Below, piece by piece: positions 57,407 to 57,684 of a stretch of DNA of 57,684 nucleotides; the stretch's first letter is position 1, and each line of letters starts with the position of its first letter. Source of the stretch: Paracoccaceae bacterium (lineage in GTDB: Bacteria; Pseudomonadota; Alphaproteobacteria; Rhodobacterales; Rhodobacteraceae); the NCBI GenBank assembly GCA_037968535.1, contig JBBKVT010000187.1, forward strand, positions 1 to 57,684, read 5' to 3'. The position numbers and the translations under genes were made by a program. The notes beneath the pieces were generated by a model, which made no database searches, was not told the origin of the DNA, and was given only the letters and a program-made list of their open reading frames with translations.

Positions 57407-57684
57407 ATGCTGGATTCCCTTAAGGCGGCCATGGCTGAGACTAAGGTGGCCATGGCTGAGACGGCCCGTCGTGCGACCTTTGGGCTGGCCAGCGGCATCA
57501 CGCTGTTGGTGGGTTTGTCCTTTCTGACGGTCGCTGCCTGGATCGTTTTGGAACGCACCGCGGACAGTCTGACCGCCGCTCTCGTGCTTGGCGCTGCATA
57601 CACCGGCCTTGGATTGATCTTCATGGCTTTCGCGCTGGCAAGAAGAAAACGCCGCCCGGAACCCACAGATATCGTCAGGTCTGA
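57407..57684 (+). CDS. YqjE-like (phage-holin-3_6 / DUF1469) membrane protein, 3'-truncated by the window edge
   Basis: ATG 57407, open to the window end: MLDSLKAAMAETKVAMAETARRATFGLASGITLLVGLSFLTVAAWIVLERTADSL...GLIFMAFALARRKRRPEP.... It is absent from the ORF track because no stop is reached. The DUF883-YqjE pairing mirrors E. coli yqjD-yqjE. Confidence 0.7.
   Translation, partial: MLDSLKAAMAETKVAMAETARRATFGLASGITLLVGLSFLTVAAWIVLERTADSLTAALVLGAAYTGLGLIFMAFALARRKRRPEPTDIVRS

Noticed and set aside
1-57684. A scan for tRNA, rRNA, tmRNA, CRISPR arrays, prophage or integrase genes and toxin-antitoxin pairs.
   Set aside because: No intergenic gap is longer than about 370 bp. None has a cloverleaf-like or repeat-spacer organisation. 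No integrase, recombinase, phage structural or TA-like ORFs were recognised.

Overview
This is a 57.7-kb, high-GC, very gene-dense chromosomal segment of an alphaproteobacterium. Gene content and order point to Rhodobacteraceae (roseobacter-type): pntAB, lolCD-proS, hda-ppk-ppx, the mcm/pccA/pccB/pccR propionate module, choXWV, mgtE, and PhyR-NepR-EcfG. I call about 57 protein-coding genes. There is no rRNA, tRNA or CRISPR. There is one decayed IS630-family transposase fragment and a family of short interspersed repeats. Most long ORFs antisense to these genes are high-GC shadow frames. The window is mostly ordinary core genome, and I do not see a convincing new multi-gene defence or mobile system. 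Six things deserve a second look. (1) pntB carries an in-frame TAA 21 codons before its conserved C-terminus, and the terminator hairpin is placed for the long form. (2) A secreted SNase-type nuclease is frameshifted; its conserved 106-codon C-terminal half has no start codon, so it is absent from the ORF track. (3) An unannotated interspersed repeat has an invariant 20-mer, TGCCTCCGGCGGGGATATTT. It is strand-biased and always sits in 3' spacers, usually abutting the stop codon of a minus-strand gene; one copy abuts the IS630 remnant. (4) The right-hand 6.5 kb is a general-stress-response island with seven EcfG-type GGAAC-N16/17-(C)GTT promoter candidates. These include a fully overlapping divergent phyR / nepR-ecfG-kinase pair inside a 32-bp palindrome. 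(5) A terminator-bounded, C/U-rich sRNA candidate lies inside the pccB-pccA locus. (6) TTGCAAA heptad arrays upstream of pccB and of pccR fit PccR operators. All family names come from reading the translations. No database search was run.
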